Sequence record: DRR378314_471
DNA length: 61,345 nt
Reading direction: 5' to 3' (one strand)
The position numbers were made by a program, and so were the translations under genes. Position 1 is the stretch's first letter, and every line of letters begins with the position of its first letter. The notes beneath the pieces are model-generated. The model saw only the letters and a program-made list of their open reading frames with translations, was not told where the DNA came from and ran no database searches. Below are positions 19,145-28,333 of this stretch, piece by piece.

Positions 19145-20566
19145 TTAACCTCCTCGCTTCTGGTTAAGGCTCTGGTAAAGGTCCCGGTCGTCAACCACAC
19201 GCTGGGCTTTGAAGTCCGTACGTGGAAAGGTATCGGGGTCAACCATGACAACCCTTGCCCGCACACCCAGTACCCGGCTCAGTTCCGCCTCTGCCTTCTC
19301 ACCGAGGGATCTGACCGCATCCGGCCCCTTGCCTGCGACCTCCTGGTTAAACTCCGCTTTTACCGCCAGCTCATCCATAGAGCCACCGCGCGAAATGATG
19401 ATCCGGTGCTCACCGCCATAACCGGCAAGGCCTTCCAGAACTTCCGCAATGGCGCTGGGATACACGTTTTCACCGCGGATCTGGAACATGTCATCAATCC
19501 GGCCATAGATGCCTTTTGGCAGCCGGGGATAGGTGCGACCACACGGGTTGTCTTCCATCACCCAATGAGTCAGATCGCCGGAAACCATCCGGATCATCGG
19601 CTGGGACACTCTCTCGAGATGGGTGTAGATCGGCGTCCCCTGCTCGCCGTATGGCACCCGGCGATGGGTGTTGGGGTCTGCCACTTCGGTGTAGACAATG
19701 TCCTGCCAAAGCAGCATGCCCTCGGTGCCAGCGCTGCCAGAGGCATGCATCCAGGGGGTCAACTCCGCCATTGTTCCGCAGTCAACCACCTTGGCACCGT
19801 AGATATGCTGGATCTTGTCGCGGATCGACGGAATCGAACCGCCTGGTTCGCCGGAGAAGAACAGCACCTTGATGCCAAACTCTCTCGGGTCTACCCCTTC
19901 CTCGCGGGCCACTTCCGCCAGCCTCAATGCGTAAGACGGCGTTGAATACAGCCCGGCCGGTTTCATCATTCCGAGCCAGGTGACCGCCCGCGCGGTCATA
20001 CCGGGTGCACCGGCGCCGAAGGGGAAGGCTTTGCAACCCAGTCTCTCAGCCCCCATCAACGCCCCCCATGACCCCATGTAGAGACTGAGGATCGCCGCCA
20101 CAAACACCGTATCGCCCGGTCGCAACCCCATCCCCCACATAATCCGGGCGTGATTGTTGGCGATGGTTTCCCAGTCACGCCTGGAAATGCCAAAAGCGGT
20201 AGGTCGGCCGGTTGTACCGGAGGTACCGTGAATATGATGAATGTCGCTTTCGGGGCAACAGAGGTAATCGCCGAAAGGCGGATTTTTCGCCTGGGAATCG
20301 CGCAGTTCCTGCTTGGTGACGACAGGCACTTCCTCGAAGTCTGCGAGGGTACGGATGTCATTGGCCTTTATACCGGCCTCATCCCATTTGCGCTGGTAGA
20401 ACGGCGAGTGGTCGTAAGCATAAGCCATCACGTCGCGGATGCGTGCAACGATCAACTCATTGCGTTTTTCCGGATCCATCGTTTCGCGGTCCCGGAACCA
20501 ATAGGGACTGTTCGGATCCGGAAAATAGTCGTCGCTGTAACTGGGGGGAAAATTCCACTCTTCCAT
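19145..20566 (-). CDS. PaaK-like acyl-CoA ligase, probably 2-hydroxyisobutyrate-CoA ligase (HCL)
   Basis: IHGTSGTTGRP P-loop, SGEPG and GRIDDMFQIRGENVYP; located inside the hcm cluster. Confidence 0.8.
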   Translation of the reverse strand: MEEWNFPPSYSDDYFPDPNSPYWFRDRETMDPEKRNELIVARIRDVMAYAYDHSPFYQRKWDEAGIKANDIRTLADFEEVPVVTKQELRDSQAKNPPFGDYLCCPESDIHHIHGTSGTTGRPTAFGISRRDWETIANNHARIMWGMGLRPGDTVFVAAILSLYMGSWGALMGAERLGCKAFPFGAGAPGMTARAVTWLGMMKPAGLYSTPSYALRLAEVAREEGVDPREFGIKVLFFSGEPGGSIPSIRDKIQHIYGAKVVDCGTMAELTPWMHASGSAGTEGMLLWQDIVYTEVADPNTHRRVPYGEQGTPIYTHLERVSQPMIRMVSGDLTHWVMEDNPCGRTYPRLPKGIYGRIDDMFQIRGENVYPSAIAEVLEGLAGYGGEHRIIISRGGSMDELAVKAEFNQEVAGKGPDAVRSLGEKAEAELSRVLGVRARVVMVDPDTFPRTDFKAQRVVDDRDLYQSLNQKRGG

Positions 20567-20581
20567 CGGACACTCCTGATA

Positions 20582-20589
20582 TTGTTATT
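20582..20589 (-). promoter_or_regulatory. A-rich AANAANAA (Hfq/Crc-type) motif next to the RBS of the CoA ligase
   Basis: Minus strand ACAACC-AATAACAA-TATCAGGAGTGTCCG-ATG. Confidence 0.4.
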
Positions 20590-20626
20590 GGTTGTCGTCT
20601 GAGGAAATCTGCGGCCACGTCTCTGG

Positions 20627-21052
20627 CTATCGGGCACCTCGATCTGCGACCATCTGCCGGAACGAATCAATGATTTCTTGTGGCGGAGTGTCCTGTAGAA
20701 GAATCTTGTGGACGCCCATCTGGTAGAGTTCTTTGACATCGTCGTCGGGGATGACACCGCCACCGGCAACGATCATGTCTTCTGCTTCCTTTTCTTTCAG
20801 TAGCTCAAGTACCTTGGGGAAAATGTGCATGTGCGCACCGGACAGCAGGCTGATGCCCAGGATATCCACATCTTCCTGAATGGCGGCGTCCACCACTTCC
20901 TCCGGCGTGCGATGCAGCCCGGTATAGACCACATCCATGCCAGCATCACGCAGCGCACGCGCGACCACCTTGATGCCGCGATCGTGACCGTCCAGACCGA
21001 TTTTCGCCAACATCACCCGAATCACAGCTGCGTTTTTGTCATTGTTTTGCAT
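20627..21052 (-). CDS. hcmB: Acyl-CoA mutase small (cobalamin-binding) subunit
   Basis: Base-off/His-on motif GLDGHDRG, ISLLSGAH and GGVIP; 141 aa. Confidence 0.9.
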   Translation of the reverse strand: MQNNDKNAAVIRVMLAKIGLDGHDRGIKVVARALRDAGMDVVYTGLHRTPEEVVDAAIQEDVDILGISLLSGAHMHIFPKVLELLKEKEAEDMIVAGGGVIPDDDVKELYQMGVHKILLQDTPPQEIIDSFRQMVADRGAR

Positions 21053-21067
21053 CGCACTCTCCTTGGA

Positions 21068-21760
21068 TTAAATAGTCGTGCTGCCGCTTCTTTTCAGGGG
21101 TTCACGGCAGACCTGAATTTCTTTCTGAAGCCATTTTGATGCGGTTTCCACATGCTCCCTGGCAAGCGTTTCAGCCGTCCGCGAGTCACCAGCCAATACC
21201 GCATTCAGTATTGCCTCGTGCTCTTCCCATATCTGTTTCTGATTTTTTTCGACAATGAGAATGTCACTCATGACACGCCTGACGTGGTTCCAGTGCGCCT
21301 CCATTGAATCAAGGATGAAGGTGTTGCCCGCCAGCTCGTAGATGAAGCCGTGAAAGCGCATGTCCGCATCGATCAGAGCGGGGAGGTCATGCGCTTTCCC
21401 TGCTGCGAAACCTTCAGCAATGATGTCCTCACCCCGCTTTCGCGCGCCGGCATCCACACGCTGTGCAGCAAGCCCGGCACTGACCAGATCGATCCCACAC
21501 CGGAACTCGTACAACTGCGCCACAAAACTCTCATCAAGCACTGACACCATCAGGCCCCGACGACCTACCGCTGACAGAAACCCATCATCGCGCAGACGCT
21601 GCATCGCCTGGCTTACCGGCAAACGCGAGACATCCAGTCTTTCGGCCAGCGTCTCCTGAGTGACCCGTTCACCCGGCTTAAGCAAGCCCTCAACGATGGC
21701 ATTGACCACGGAGTCGTAAATCAGCTCCGGCAGGTTCTTCTCGGTTTGAATTTTCTTCAT
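21068..21760 (-). CDS. GntR-family (FCD domain) transcriptional regulator
   Basis: wHTH LKPGERVTQETLAERLDVSRLPV; FCD DMRFH...AGN...EHEAIL...EHV. Confidence 0.92.
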   Translation of the reverse strand: MKKIQTEKNLPELIYDSVVNAIVEGLLKPGERVTQETLAERLDVSRLPVSQAMQRLRDDGFLSAVGRRGLMVSVLDESFVAQLYEFRCGIDLVSAGLAAQRVDAGARKRGEDIIAEGFAAGKAHDLPALIDADMRFHGFIYELAGNTFILDSMEAHWNHVRRVMSDILIVEKNQKQIWEEHEAILNAVLAGDSRTAETLAREHVETASKWLQKEIQVCREPLKRSGSTTI

Positions 21761-21796
21761 TGATCACACCCCACGACCTAACTCCTTTTTGTCGTT

Positions 21797-21830
21797 TGCA
21801 TACAGTATTCACCATGTAATACCTGTTCAA
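21797..21830 (-). promoter_or_regulatory. sigma70 promoter of the gntR-hcm operon with an overlapping palindromic operator
   Basis: TTGAAC (21830-21825), N17, TACTGT (21807-21802); palindrome TGCATACAGTATTCA at 21797-21811. Confidence 0.55.
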
Positions 21831-21877
21831 TTTATAATCACATTAGACCTTCGTCTAACAAATGAGTCTTCAAATAC

Positions 21878-21914
21878 GCAAAAACGGCAACGGGCCCAAA
21901 CAAAGGGCCCGCTG
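21878..21914 (-). terminator. Probable intrinsic terminator after the CoA pyrophosphatase gene
   Basis: Minus strand CAGCGGGCCC-TTTGTTT-GGGCCCGTTG followed by CCGTTTTT. Confidence 0.55.
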
Positions 21915-21965
21915 ATAAAGTCGAAAAGAGAGGAGAACTTGAAAGGAGGGGAAAGAGAATGCTGG

Positions 21966-22553
21966 TCAGCGTTTCGGCGGTGGCTCCAGCAAATCAATAC
22001 CGGCGTCGTAAACGGCATTGAGGAAGTCCACCAGCACCACCGCAGACAGCCCCCAGATCTGGTAGCGTTCCCAGCGGTAACAGGGTACATAAAACGTGTT
22101 GTCGAGAAAGTTGAGCGGATCCGTGCGCTCACGATTGTCGTCCAGAAAGAACTCAATCGGCACCCGGAAAATGCTCTCGATCTCAGCCGGGTTCGCCGTC
22201 AGCGGGTGATCGCCGGGTATCACGCCAACGTATGGCGTTACGAGAATCTGATGAAGGGACATGACCTGGCTCAGTGGCGCAATCAACTCGACCTGATCGG
22301 GTGGCAGTCCGATTTCCTCGTGAGTCTCACGAAGCGCAGTATCACCCAGGGAAGGGTCTTCCGGGTCCCGCCGGCCACCGGGGAAAGACACCTGCCCCCG
22401 ATGCGTATTCAGGTTGGCCGATCTCAGGGTAAACACAATTTCGGGCTTTCCGTGGTCATCGGTAACAGGGACAAGTACGGCAGCTTCGGGATAATCCAAT
22501 GTCAACAAACGGGGTACATAGCCTGAAAGGCGTTTGGTGAGAAGATCGCGCAA
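21966..22553 (-). CDS. nudL: Nudix CoA pyrophosphatase (NudL/YeaB)
   Basis: AAVLVP, TLRSANLNTHRGQVSFPGG, ALRETHEEIG and IWGLSA. Confidence 0.9.
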   Translation of the reverse strand: MRDLLTKRLSGYVPRLLTLDYPEAAVLVPVTDDHGKPEIVFTLRSANLNTHRGQVSFPGGRRDPEDPSLGDTALRETHEEIGLPPDQVELIAPLSQVMSLHQILVTPYVGVIPGDHPLTANPAEIESIFRVPIEFFLDDNRERTDPLNFLDNTFYVPCYRWERYQIWGLSAVVLVDFLNAVYDAGIDLLEPPPKR

Positions 22554-22643
22554 AACACAGCTCCGTCATGACTTCTGGCTGTTGAATGAGACACCGGCAG
22601 CACAGATCGTTACACTTGCTACCAACACACTTTTGTCCAGTAT

Positions 22644-23204
22644 ATGGTGAAACCGATGAAATACTGCAGCACATGCGGCCATCCCGTCGAACAGCGCATT
22701 CCCCAGGGGGATAATCGCCACCGCTACGTATGCATCAGCTGTGAAACCATACACTACCAGAATCCACGAATCGTCGCTGGCACGGTGCCTGTCTGGAAAG
22801 GACGGATTTTGTTGTGCCGCCGGGCCATAGAGCCCCGTTACGGTTACTGGACACTGCCTGCCGGCTTCATGGAAAACTCCGAAACCACACTGGAAGCCGC
22901 CACCCGGGAAACGCGGGAAGAGGCCCTTGCCGAAGTTACGGTGGACAACCTCTACACCATCATTCATGTGCCCCACATTGACCAGGTACACATGTTCTAC
23001 CGCGCCACCCTCACCAGCGAAGATTTTGGTGCCGGTGAAGAGTCTCTGGAAACCCAGCTCTTTGCGCTTGAAGACATCCCCTGGGATGAGCTTTCATTCC
23101 CCACCGTGCGACGCACCCTTGAGCTCTATGTTGAAGACGTGCAAAACGAACACTTTCCGGTACATGTGGATGACATTCGTTACCGGATGGGGCCGCGCAA
23201 CTAA
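22644..23204 (+). CDS. Nudix hydrolase with N-terminal zinc ribbon
   Basis: CSTCG...CISC...HYQNP, RRAIEPRYGYWTLPAGFME and RETREEA. Confidence 0.9.
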   Translation: MVKPMKYCSTCGHPVEQRIPQGDNRHRYVCISCETIHYQNPRIVAGTVPVWKGRILLCRRAIEPRYGYWTLPAGFMENSETTLEAATRETREEALAEVTVDNLYTIIHVPHIDQVHMFYRATLTSEDFGAGEESLETQLFALEDIPWDELSFPTVRRTLELYVEDVQNEHFPVHVDDIRYRMGPRN

Positions 23205-23210
23205 TCCGCG

Positions 23211-23522
23211 TTAGAGCTCTTCCATCCGAAACACTTCGTAGGCGGGCTCCTCGTATGGATGCGCGGTTTTAAGCGCCCGTAGCGCTGACTGGATCAGGTC
23301 ATCCCTGCAGACCAGCTCGACGCGGAACTCATCCACCCGTTCAATCTCACCGGTCTGGCCGAGGAAAGGCTGGCTGCCATCCAGTGGGCGGAACTGCCCC
23401 TGCCCTTTACACTGCCAAGCGCAACAATCGTAATCTCCAATGCGCCCGGCGCCTGCTTCAAACAAAGCGTTCTTGGTCGTTTCGAGATGACTTTCCGGAA
23501 CGAAATAACACATCTTGTACAT
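23211..23522 (-). CDS. YqfO-like / NIF3 PII-like domain protein
   Basis: FVPE, ALFEAGAGRIGDYDCC, GQFRP and AHPYEEPAYEV. Confidence 0.88.
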   Translation of the reverse strand: MYKMCYFVPESHLETTKNALFEAGAGRIGDYDCCAWQCKGQGQFRPLDGSQPFLGQTGEIERVDEFRVELVCRDDLIQSALRALKTAHPYEEPAYEVFRMEEL

Positions 23523-23623
23523 GGTCTCGATTCTCCCTGAAACGCCCGTGCGTCAGAACGAATTCCAACCATTCCGACACCCTTCGGGCGGATATTTTTT
23601 GTACAGATTAAGCATTTAGCTAC

Positions 23624-23836
23624 TTACCCACAGAATCTGTGGATAACTCTGGGGAAAGTTTTTGGGAACATGCCCCCATCCCCCGGAATTACTGCACTTT
23701 CGTTAAATTGGCGACAAATTCACCTACTTAATTTAATCCTTATATTTCATTAGGTTATAGATGTCGAACAAAAAATGAACCTAAAACCAGTGCTTTGTAC
23801 ACATTGCACACAGCGTGGCACCAAGAATGTGCATAA
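23624..23836. promoter_or_regulatory. DnaA-box cluster with IHF-like and Fis-like sites (DARS-like locus)
   Basis: TTACCCACA (23624-32), GAATC, TGTGGATAA (23638-46), CTC, TGGGGAAAG (23650-58); IHF-like 23745-57; Fis consensus 23766-80; TTGTACACA 23795-803; TGTGCATAA 23828-36. Confidence 0.7.
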
Positions 23837-23918
23837 ACCGTTTGAGTCAAGAGGATTTTCGCACTTATAAACAAAAATTTCCCTTGAAAATCTTTAAAAA
23901 CGCTCGCTGCCAGATACG

Positions 23919-23972
23919 AAAAAGCCGGCCCGGGATGCGTCACCTTTACGGTGCGTCCGGGGCCGGCTTTTT
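23919..23972 (-). terminator. Intrinsic, probably bidirectional, terminator downstream of purL
   Basis: AAAAAGCCGGCCC...GGGCCGGCTTTTT inverted repeat. Confidence 0.85.
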
Positions 23973-23987
23973 ATCGTTGGCCAAGAC

Positions 23988-26900
23988 TTAGCCGAACCAG
24001 CGCCTCGCGTTGCGGAACATACGAATCCAGGGGGCGTCTTCCCCCCAATCAGCTGGATGCCAGGAAAGCTGGGAAGTCCGGAATACCCGCTCGGGATGGG
24101 GCATCATGATAGTGACACGGCCATCTCTTGTGGTAACGCCGGTTATGCCCGCCTCAGAGCCATTGGGGTTCCATGGGTAACGTGTGGTGACCTCACCACG
24201 GTTATCCACGTATCGCAACGCAATCAGTTCGCTATCACCCAACTGGTTTGCGGACGTTCCGACCGGGAACTCAACCCGCCCCTCACCATGGGCAACCGCT
24301 ATCGGCATCCGGGAACCCGCCATACCATCCATGAAAGCCGACGGAGAGGCAGGTATCTCTGCCATTACCAATCGGGCCTCAAACTGCTCCGACTGGTTAC
24401 GCACAAAACGTGGCCAGCCTTCACTACCTGGAATCAGCTCGTGCAGATTGGACAACATCTGGCAACCGTTGCAGACCCCCAACGCCAGCGTGTCCTGACG
24501 GTTGAAGAAGGCTGCAAACTGGTCGCGAACACGGTCGCTGAACAAGATGGACTTGGCCCAGCCCTCGCCCGCGCCCAGAACATCACCATAGGAGAAGCCG
24601 CCACAAGCCACCAGGCTGTTAAACCCTTCCAGGGAAACACGGCCGGAAAGCAGGTCGCTCATGTGGACATCCACCGACTCAAAGCCGGCACGGTCAAAGG
24701 CGGCAGCCATTTCAACCTGGCCATTAACACCCTGTTCCCGCAGCACTGCGACCCGCGGCTTGGCTCCTTTATTGATATAGGGTGCGGAAACATCATCGTT
24801 GATGTCGAACGTCAGTTCTGCATGCAGCCCTGGATCACTGCTGTCGAGCAGGTTGTCGAACTCCTCCTGGGCACAATCGGCGTTGTCACGGAGAGACTGC
24901 ACGCGGTAACTGGTTTCAGCCCACAGGCGCTGGAGCTCCGTCCGTGAACGGGAAATAACCGCTTCCCCCTCAAAGGTATAGCGAATATTGTCGTCCTGGC
25001 TGAGAGTACCAATCACTGAGATATGGTCACCAAGGCCGGCTGCCGAGAACTGCTGCAGCACAAATCCGGTGTCCTCCCGACGAACCTGGATCACGGCGCC
25101 AAGCTCTTCGTTAAAGAGCTCACGTGCGAATTGTGATGTGTCCTCAGCAAGGCTATCCAGCTTGATGTCAATGCCGGTGTGACCGGCAAAACTCATCTCA
25201 GCCAGGGTTACAAACAGGCCGCCATCAGACCGGTCATGGTACGCCAGCAGTTTGCCGTCACCGCTCAGCCCCTGGATAACCGCAAAGAACGCCTTGATGT
25301 CCTCCGGGTCGTCAAGGTCCGGCGCCACCGCGCCCACCTGCCGGTACACCTGTGCCAGCGCGGAACCACCCAGACGGTTCTGGCCAGCCGCGAGATCGAC
25401 CAGAATCAGATCCGTATCCCCGGCATCTGTCGCCAACTGAGGGGTCAATGTTTTGTCTACGTCCGTCACCGGTGCAAAACCGCTGATGATCAGAGACAAC
25501 GGCGCTGTAACACTCTTCTGTTCACCGCCATCTTCTTCCCAGACGGTTTTCATGGACATGGAGTCCTTGCCCACCGGAATGGTGATACCCAACGCAGGAC
25601 AAAGCTCCATGCCGACGGCACGGCAGGTTTCATAAAGATTTTCGTCTTCACCAGGATGTCCCGCGGCCGCCATCCAGTTGGCGGATAGACGGATATCCGA
25701 GAGCCGGGCGATAGGTGCCGCCGCCATGTTGGTAATAACTTCGCCCACCGCCATACGTCCCGATGCCGGTGCGTCGATGACCGCAACCGGCGTGCGCTCG
25801 CCCATGGCCATGGCTTCACCGGTTTTTACATCGAAGGAGGATGACGTCACCGCCACATCACTCACGGGTACCTGCCATGGCCCCGCCATCTGGTCTCGGG
25901 CGACAAGGCCGGTAATGGTCCGGTCACCAATGGTGATCAGGAACCCCTTCGAGCCAACGGACGGCAGCCTCAGAACCCGGCTGACCGCGTCATTGAGATC
26001 GATCTTGGTGGAATCGAAGATGGGCTTGGTAAATGAGGAGCGTGAAACGCTGCGGTGCATGCGGGGCGGCTTGCCAAACAGCACGTCCATGGGCAGGTCA
26101 ACCGGGCGATCATCGAAATACGAATCGCCAAGCTCAAGATGGTGAGCCTCGGTGGCTTCGCCAATCACCGCATAAGGGCAGCGCTCACGGCGGCAAAGGG
26201 CATCAAACTGCTCCAGGTTTTCCGGCGCCACCGCCATCACATAGCGTTCCTGGGATTCATTGCACCAGATTTCCAGCGGCGACATGCCTGGCTCGTCACT
26301 GGGAATGTCACGCAGTTCGAAACGACCACCACGACCACCGTCCTTGACCAGCTCCGGCATCGCATTGGATAGACCGCCGGCTCCCACGTCATGGATGAAG
26401 CAGATCGGGTTGTCGTCCCCCATCTGCCAGCAGCGGTCAATCACTTCCTGGCAGCGACGTTCCATCTCCGGGTTGTCCCGCTGAACCGAGGCGAAATCCA
26501 GATTCTCGTTACTGGACCCGGAGTCCATGGATGAAGCGGCGCCGCCACCAAGACCAATCAGCATCGACGGGCCACCAAGAACAATCAATTTGGCGCCAAC
26601 CGGAATATTGCCTTTTTCCACATGGCTGGCCCGAATATTACCCAGGCCACCGGCGATCATGATGGGCTTGTGATAACCACGAACTTCTTCGCCATCGGCA
26701 CCGGGTACCATTTCCTCAAACGTCCGGAAATACCCGGCGAGGTTGGGACGGCCGAATTCGTTGTTAAAGGCAGCGCCACCAATCGGCCCTTCAATCATGA
26801 TGTCCAGGGGCGAGGCGATCCGCTCCGGCTTGCCGTAACCCAACTCCCAGGGCTGAGGATCCCCCGGGAGGTTAAGGTTGGACACCGTAAACCCGGTGAG

Positions 26901-27893
26901 ACCGGCCTTGGGCTTTGAACCACGGCCGGTTGCCCCTTCGTCACGAATTTCCCCACCGGACCCGGTTGCCGCACCCGCCGCCGGTGCAATCGCGGTCGGA
27001 TGGTTATGGGTTTCCACTTTCATCAGGATGTGGATGTCTTCCTCATGATAGCGATACAAACCAGTGCCGGGCTCCGGGAAGAAACGCCCTCCCCGGCTGC
27101 CGGCGATCACTGACGCATTGTCTTTGTAGGCAGACAACACGCCTTCGCTGTTCATCTCATAGGTGTTGCGAATCATCGCGAACAGGGATTTTTCCTGCCC
27201 TTCGCCGTCAATATCCCAGGACGCATTGAAAATCTTATGGCGACAATGCTCCGAGTTCGCCTGCGCGAACATCATGAGTTCAACGTCCGTGGGATCCCGC
27301 TCCAGATCCGAGAAGGACTTAACCAGGTAATCAATCTCGTCTTCCGCCAGGGCCAGGCCGAGTGAGCGATTGGCGTCCACCAGTGCCTGACGGCCACCCG
27401 ACAGCACCGGAACACGGTTCAGGGTGCGTGGCTCGTCGGTATGGAACAGCAATTCCGCACCGCCCATCTCGTGGAAGACCTTCTGGGTCATGCGATCGTG
27501 CAGCAATGCCGCAATGTTTTCCCGTTGTTCAAGGTCCAGTTTTCGGCCGGCCTTCACGTAATAGGCGATGCCCCGTTCGATCCGCCGAATCTGCCTCAAG
27601 CCGCAGTTTCGGGCAATGTCCGTCGCCTTGCTCGACCAGGGCGACAGGGTGCCGGGACGCGGGACCACCAGAAAAAGCACACCGTCGGGTTCTTCAGCCG
27701 CAACGCTCGGACCATACGTCAGCAGACGATCCAGAACCGCCTGGTCCGACTCTGAAAGCGGAGATTCCAGATCCGTAAAGTGCATGAACTCGGCATACAC
27801 ATGTTCCACTGCAGGCACGATGTCCTGGATGCGGGTATGCAGCTTGCGTGAGCGGAAGGGCGAGAGCGCGGGAGCGCCGCGAAGTTCAAGCAT
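23988..27893 (-). CDS. purL: Phosphoribosylformylglycinamidine synthase (large type)
   Basis: [11 protein letters not shown] start, [41 protein letters not shown] and MMPHPER; 1301 aa. Confidence 0.98.
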   Translation of the reverse strand: MLELRGAPALSPFRSRKLHTRIQDIVPAVEHVYAEFMHFTDLESPLSESDQAVLDRLLTYGPSVAAEEPDGVLFLVVPRPGTLSPWSSKATDIARNCGLRQIRRIERGIAYYVKAGRKLDLEQRENIAALLHDRMTQKVFHEMGGAELLFHTDEPRTLNRVPVLSGGRQALVDANRSLGLALAEDEIDYLVKSFSDLERDPTDVELMMFAQANSEHCRHKIFNASWDIDGEGQEKSLFAMIRNTYEMNSEGVLSAYKDNASVIAGSRGGRFFPEPGTGLYRYHEEDIHILMKVETHNHPTAIAPAAGAATGSGGEIRDEGATGRGSKPKAGLTGFTVSNLNLPGDPQPWELGYGKPERIASPLDIMIEGPIGGAAFNNEFGRPNLAGYFRTFEEMVPGADGEEVRGYHKPIMIAGGLGNIRASHVEKGNIPVGAKLIVLGGPSMLIGLGGGAASSMDSGSSNENLDFASVQRDNPEMERRCQEVIDRCWQMGDDNPICFIHDVGAGGLSNAMPELVKDGGRGGRFELRDIPSDEPGMSPLEIWCNESQERYVMAVAPENLEQFDALCRRERCPYAVIGEATEAHHLELGDSYFDDRPVDLPMDVLFGKPPRMHRSVSRSSFTKPIFDSTKIDLNDAVSRVLRLPSVGSKGFLITIGDRTITGLVARDQMAGPWQVPVSDVAVTSSSFDVKTGEAMAMGERTPVAVIDAPASGRMAVGEVITNMAAAPIARLSDIRLSANWMAAAGHPGEDENLYETCRAVGMELCPALGITIPVGKDSMSMKTVWEEDGGEQKSVTAPLSLIISGFAPVTDVDKTLTPQLATDAGDTDLILVDLAAGQNRLGGSALAQVYRQVGAVAPDLDDPEDIKAFFAVIQGLSGDGKLLAYHDRSDGGLFVTLAEMSFAGHTGIDIKLDSLAEDTSQFARELFNEELGAVIQVRREDTGFVLQQFSAAGLGDHISVIGTLSQDDNIRYTFEGEAVISRSRTELQRLWAETSYRVQSLRDNADCAQEEFDNLLDSSDPGLHAELTFDINDDVSAPYINKGAKPRVAVLREQGVNGQVEMAAAFDRAGFESVDVHMSDLLSGRVSLEGFNSLVACGGFSYGDVLGAGEGWAKSILFSDRVRDQFAAFFNRQDTLALGVCNGCQMLSNLHELIPGSEGWPRFVRNQSEQFEARLVMAEIPASPSAFMDGMAGSRMPIAVAHGEGRVEFPVGTSANQLGDSELIALRYVDNRGEVTTRYPWNPNGSEAGITGVTTRDGRVTIMMPHPERVFRTSQLSWHPADWGEDAPWIRMFRNARRWFG

Positions 27894-28185
27894 GATCAAA
27901 ACCTGTACGCACGAGACTGGGAGCCGGGGCGGCATCCTGTATTCCGTATTCACGGAGCGTACGGTAAACAGGAAAAGGCCGGCCATCTGAAAGGCCGCAA
28001 TGATACTTGAAACAGGCACCGGGATACAGCGTCAAAAGGTTATAAACCACCGGGTAGAATTTACATTGTTTTGCACATTAATTAATCAGATTCATTGACC
28101 GTCCCCGCATGACCGGGGATCATTACAGTTGAGCCAGGGAGGCTCCGTATTGAGTGAACATCGGTTAAACTCCCCAAAGCTGTGC

Positions 28186-28201
28186 TGGCATGCCACTTGC
28201 T
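28186..28201 (+). promoter_or_regulatory. sigma54 (-24/-12) promoter upstream of mltF
   Basis: TGGCAT-GCCAC-TTGCT matches TGGCAY-N5-TTGCW. Confidence 0.55.
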
Positions 28202-28333
28202 AACTTTTAGATAATGCAAGAAGTGCGAGCGAGGTAGCAGGGAGTGATCGGACATCAGGGGATTTACCGTAACACTCAGCGTCCTGCATTAAGGGAGTTC
28301 AGGAATTTGCCTAATCATCGTCGTCAGCCGTAC

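Noticed and set aside
18383-19945. 520-aa plus-strand ORF and many other long antisense ORFs (e.g. 2917-3732, 8529-9416, 24057-24947)
   Set aside because: Shadow ORFs opposite well-supported genes in GC-rich DNA, with no recognisable motifs.
23595-23900. oriC
   Set aside because: No dnaA, dnaN, gidA or rpmH context, few consensus boxes and no clear DUE 13-mers; the layout fits a DARS/datA-type element better.
23755-23943. 62-aa minus-strand ORF in the AT-rich gap
   Set aside because: It starts inside the purL terminator, has no SD and shows atypical composition.
27894-28019. Possible purine/ZTP riboswitch or N-terminal extension before purL
   Set aside because: Some local pairing is possible, but I recognise no aptamer motifs; the conserved PurL start is MLELRG at 27893.
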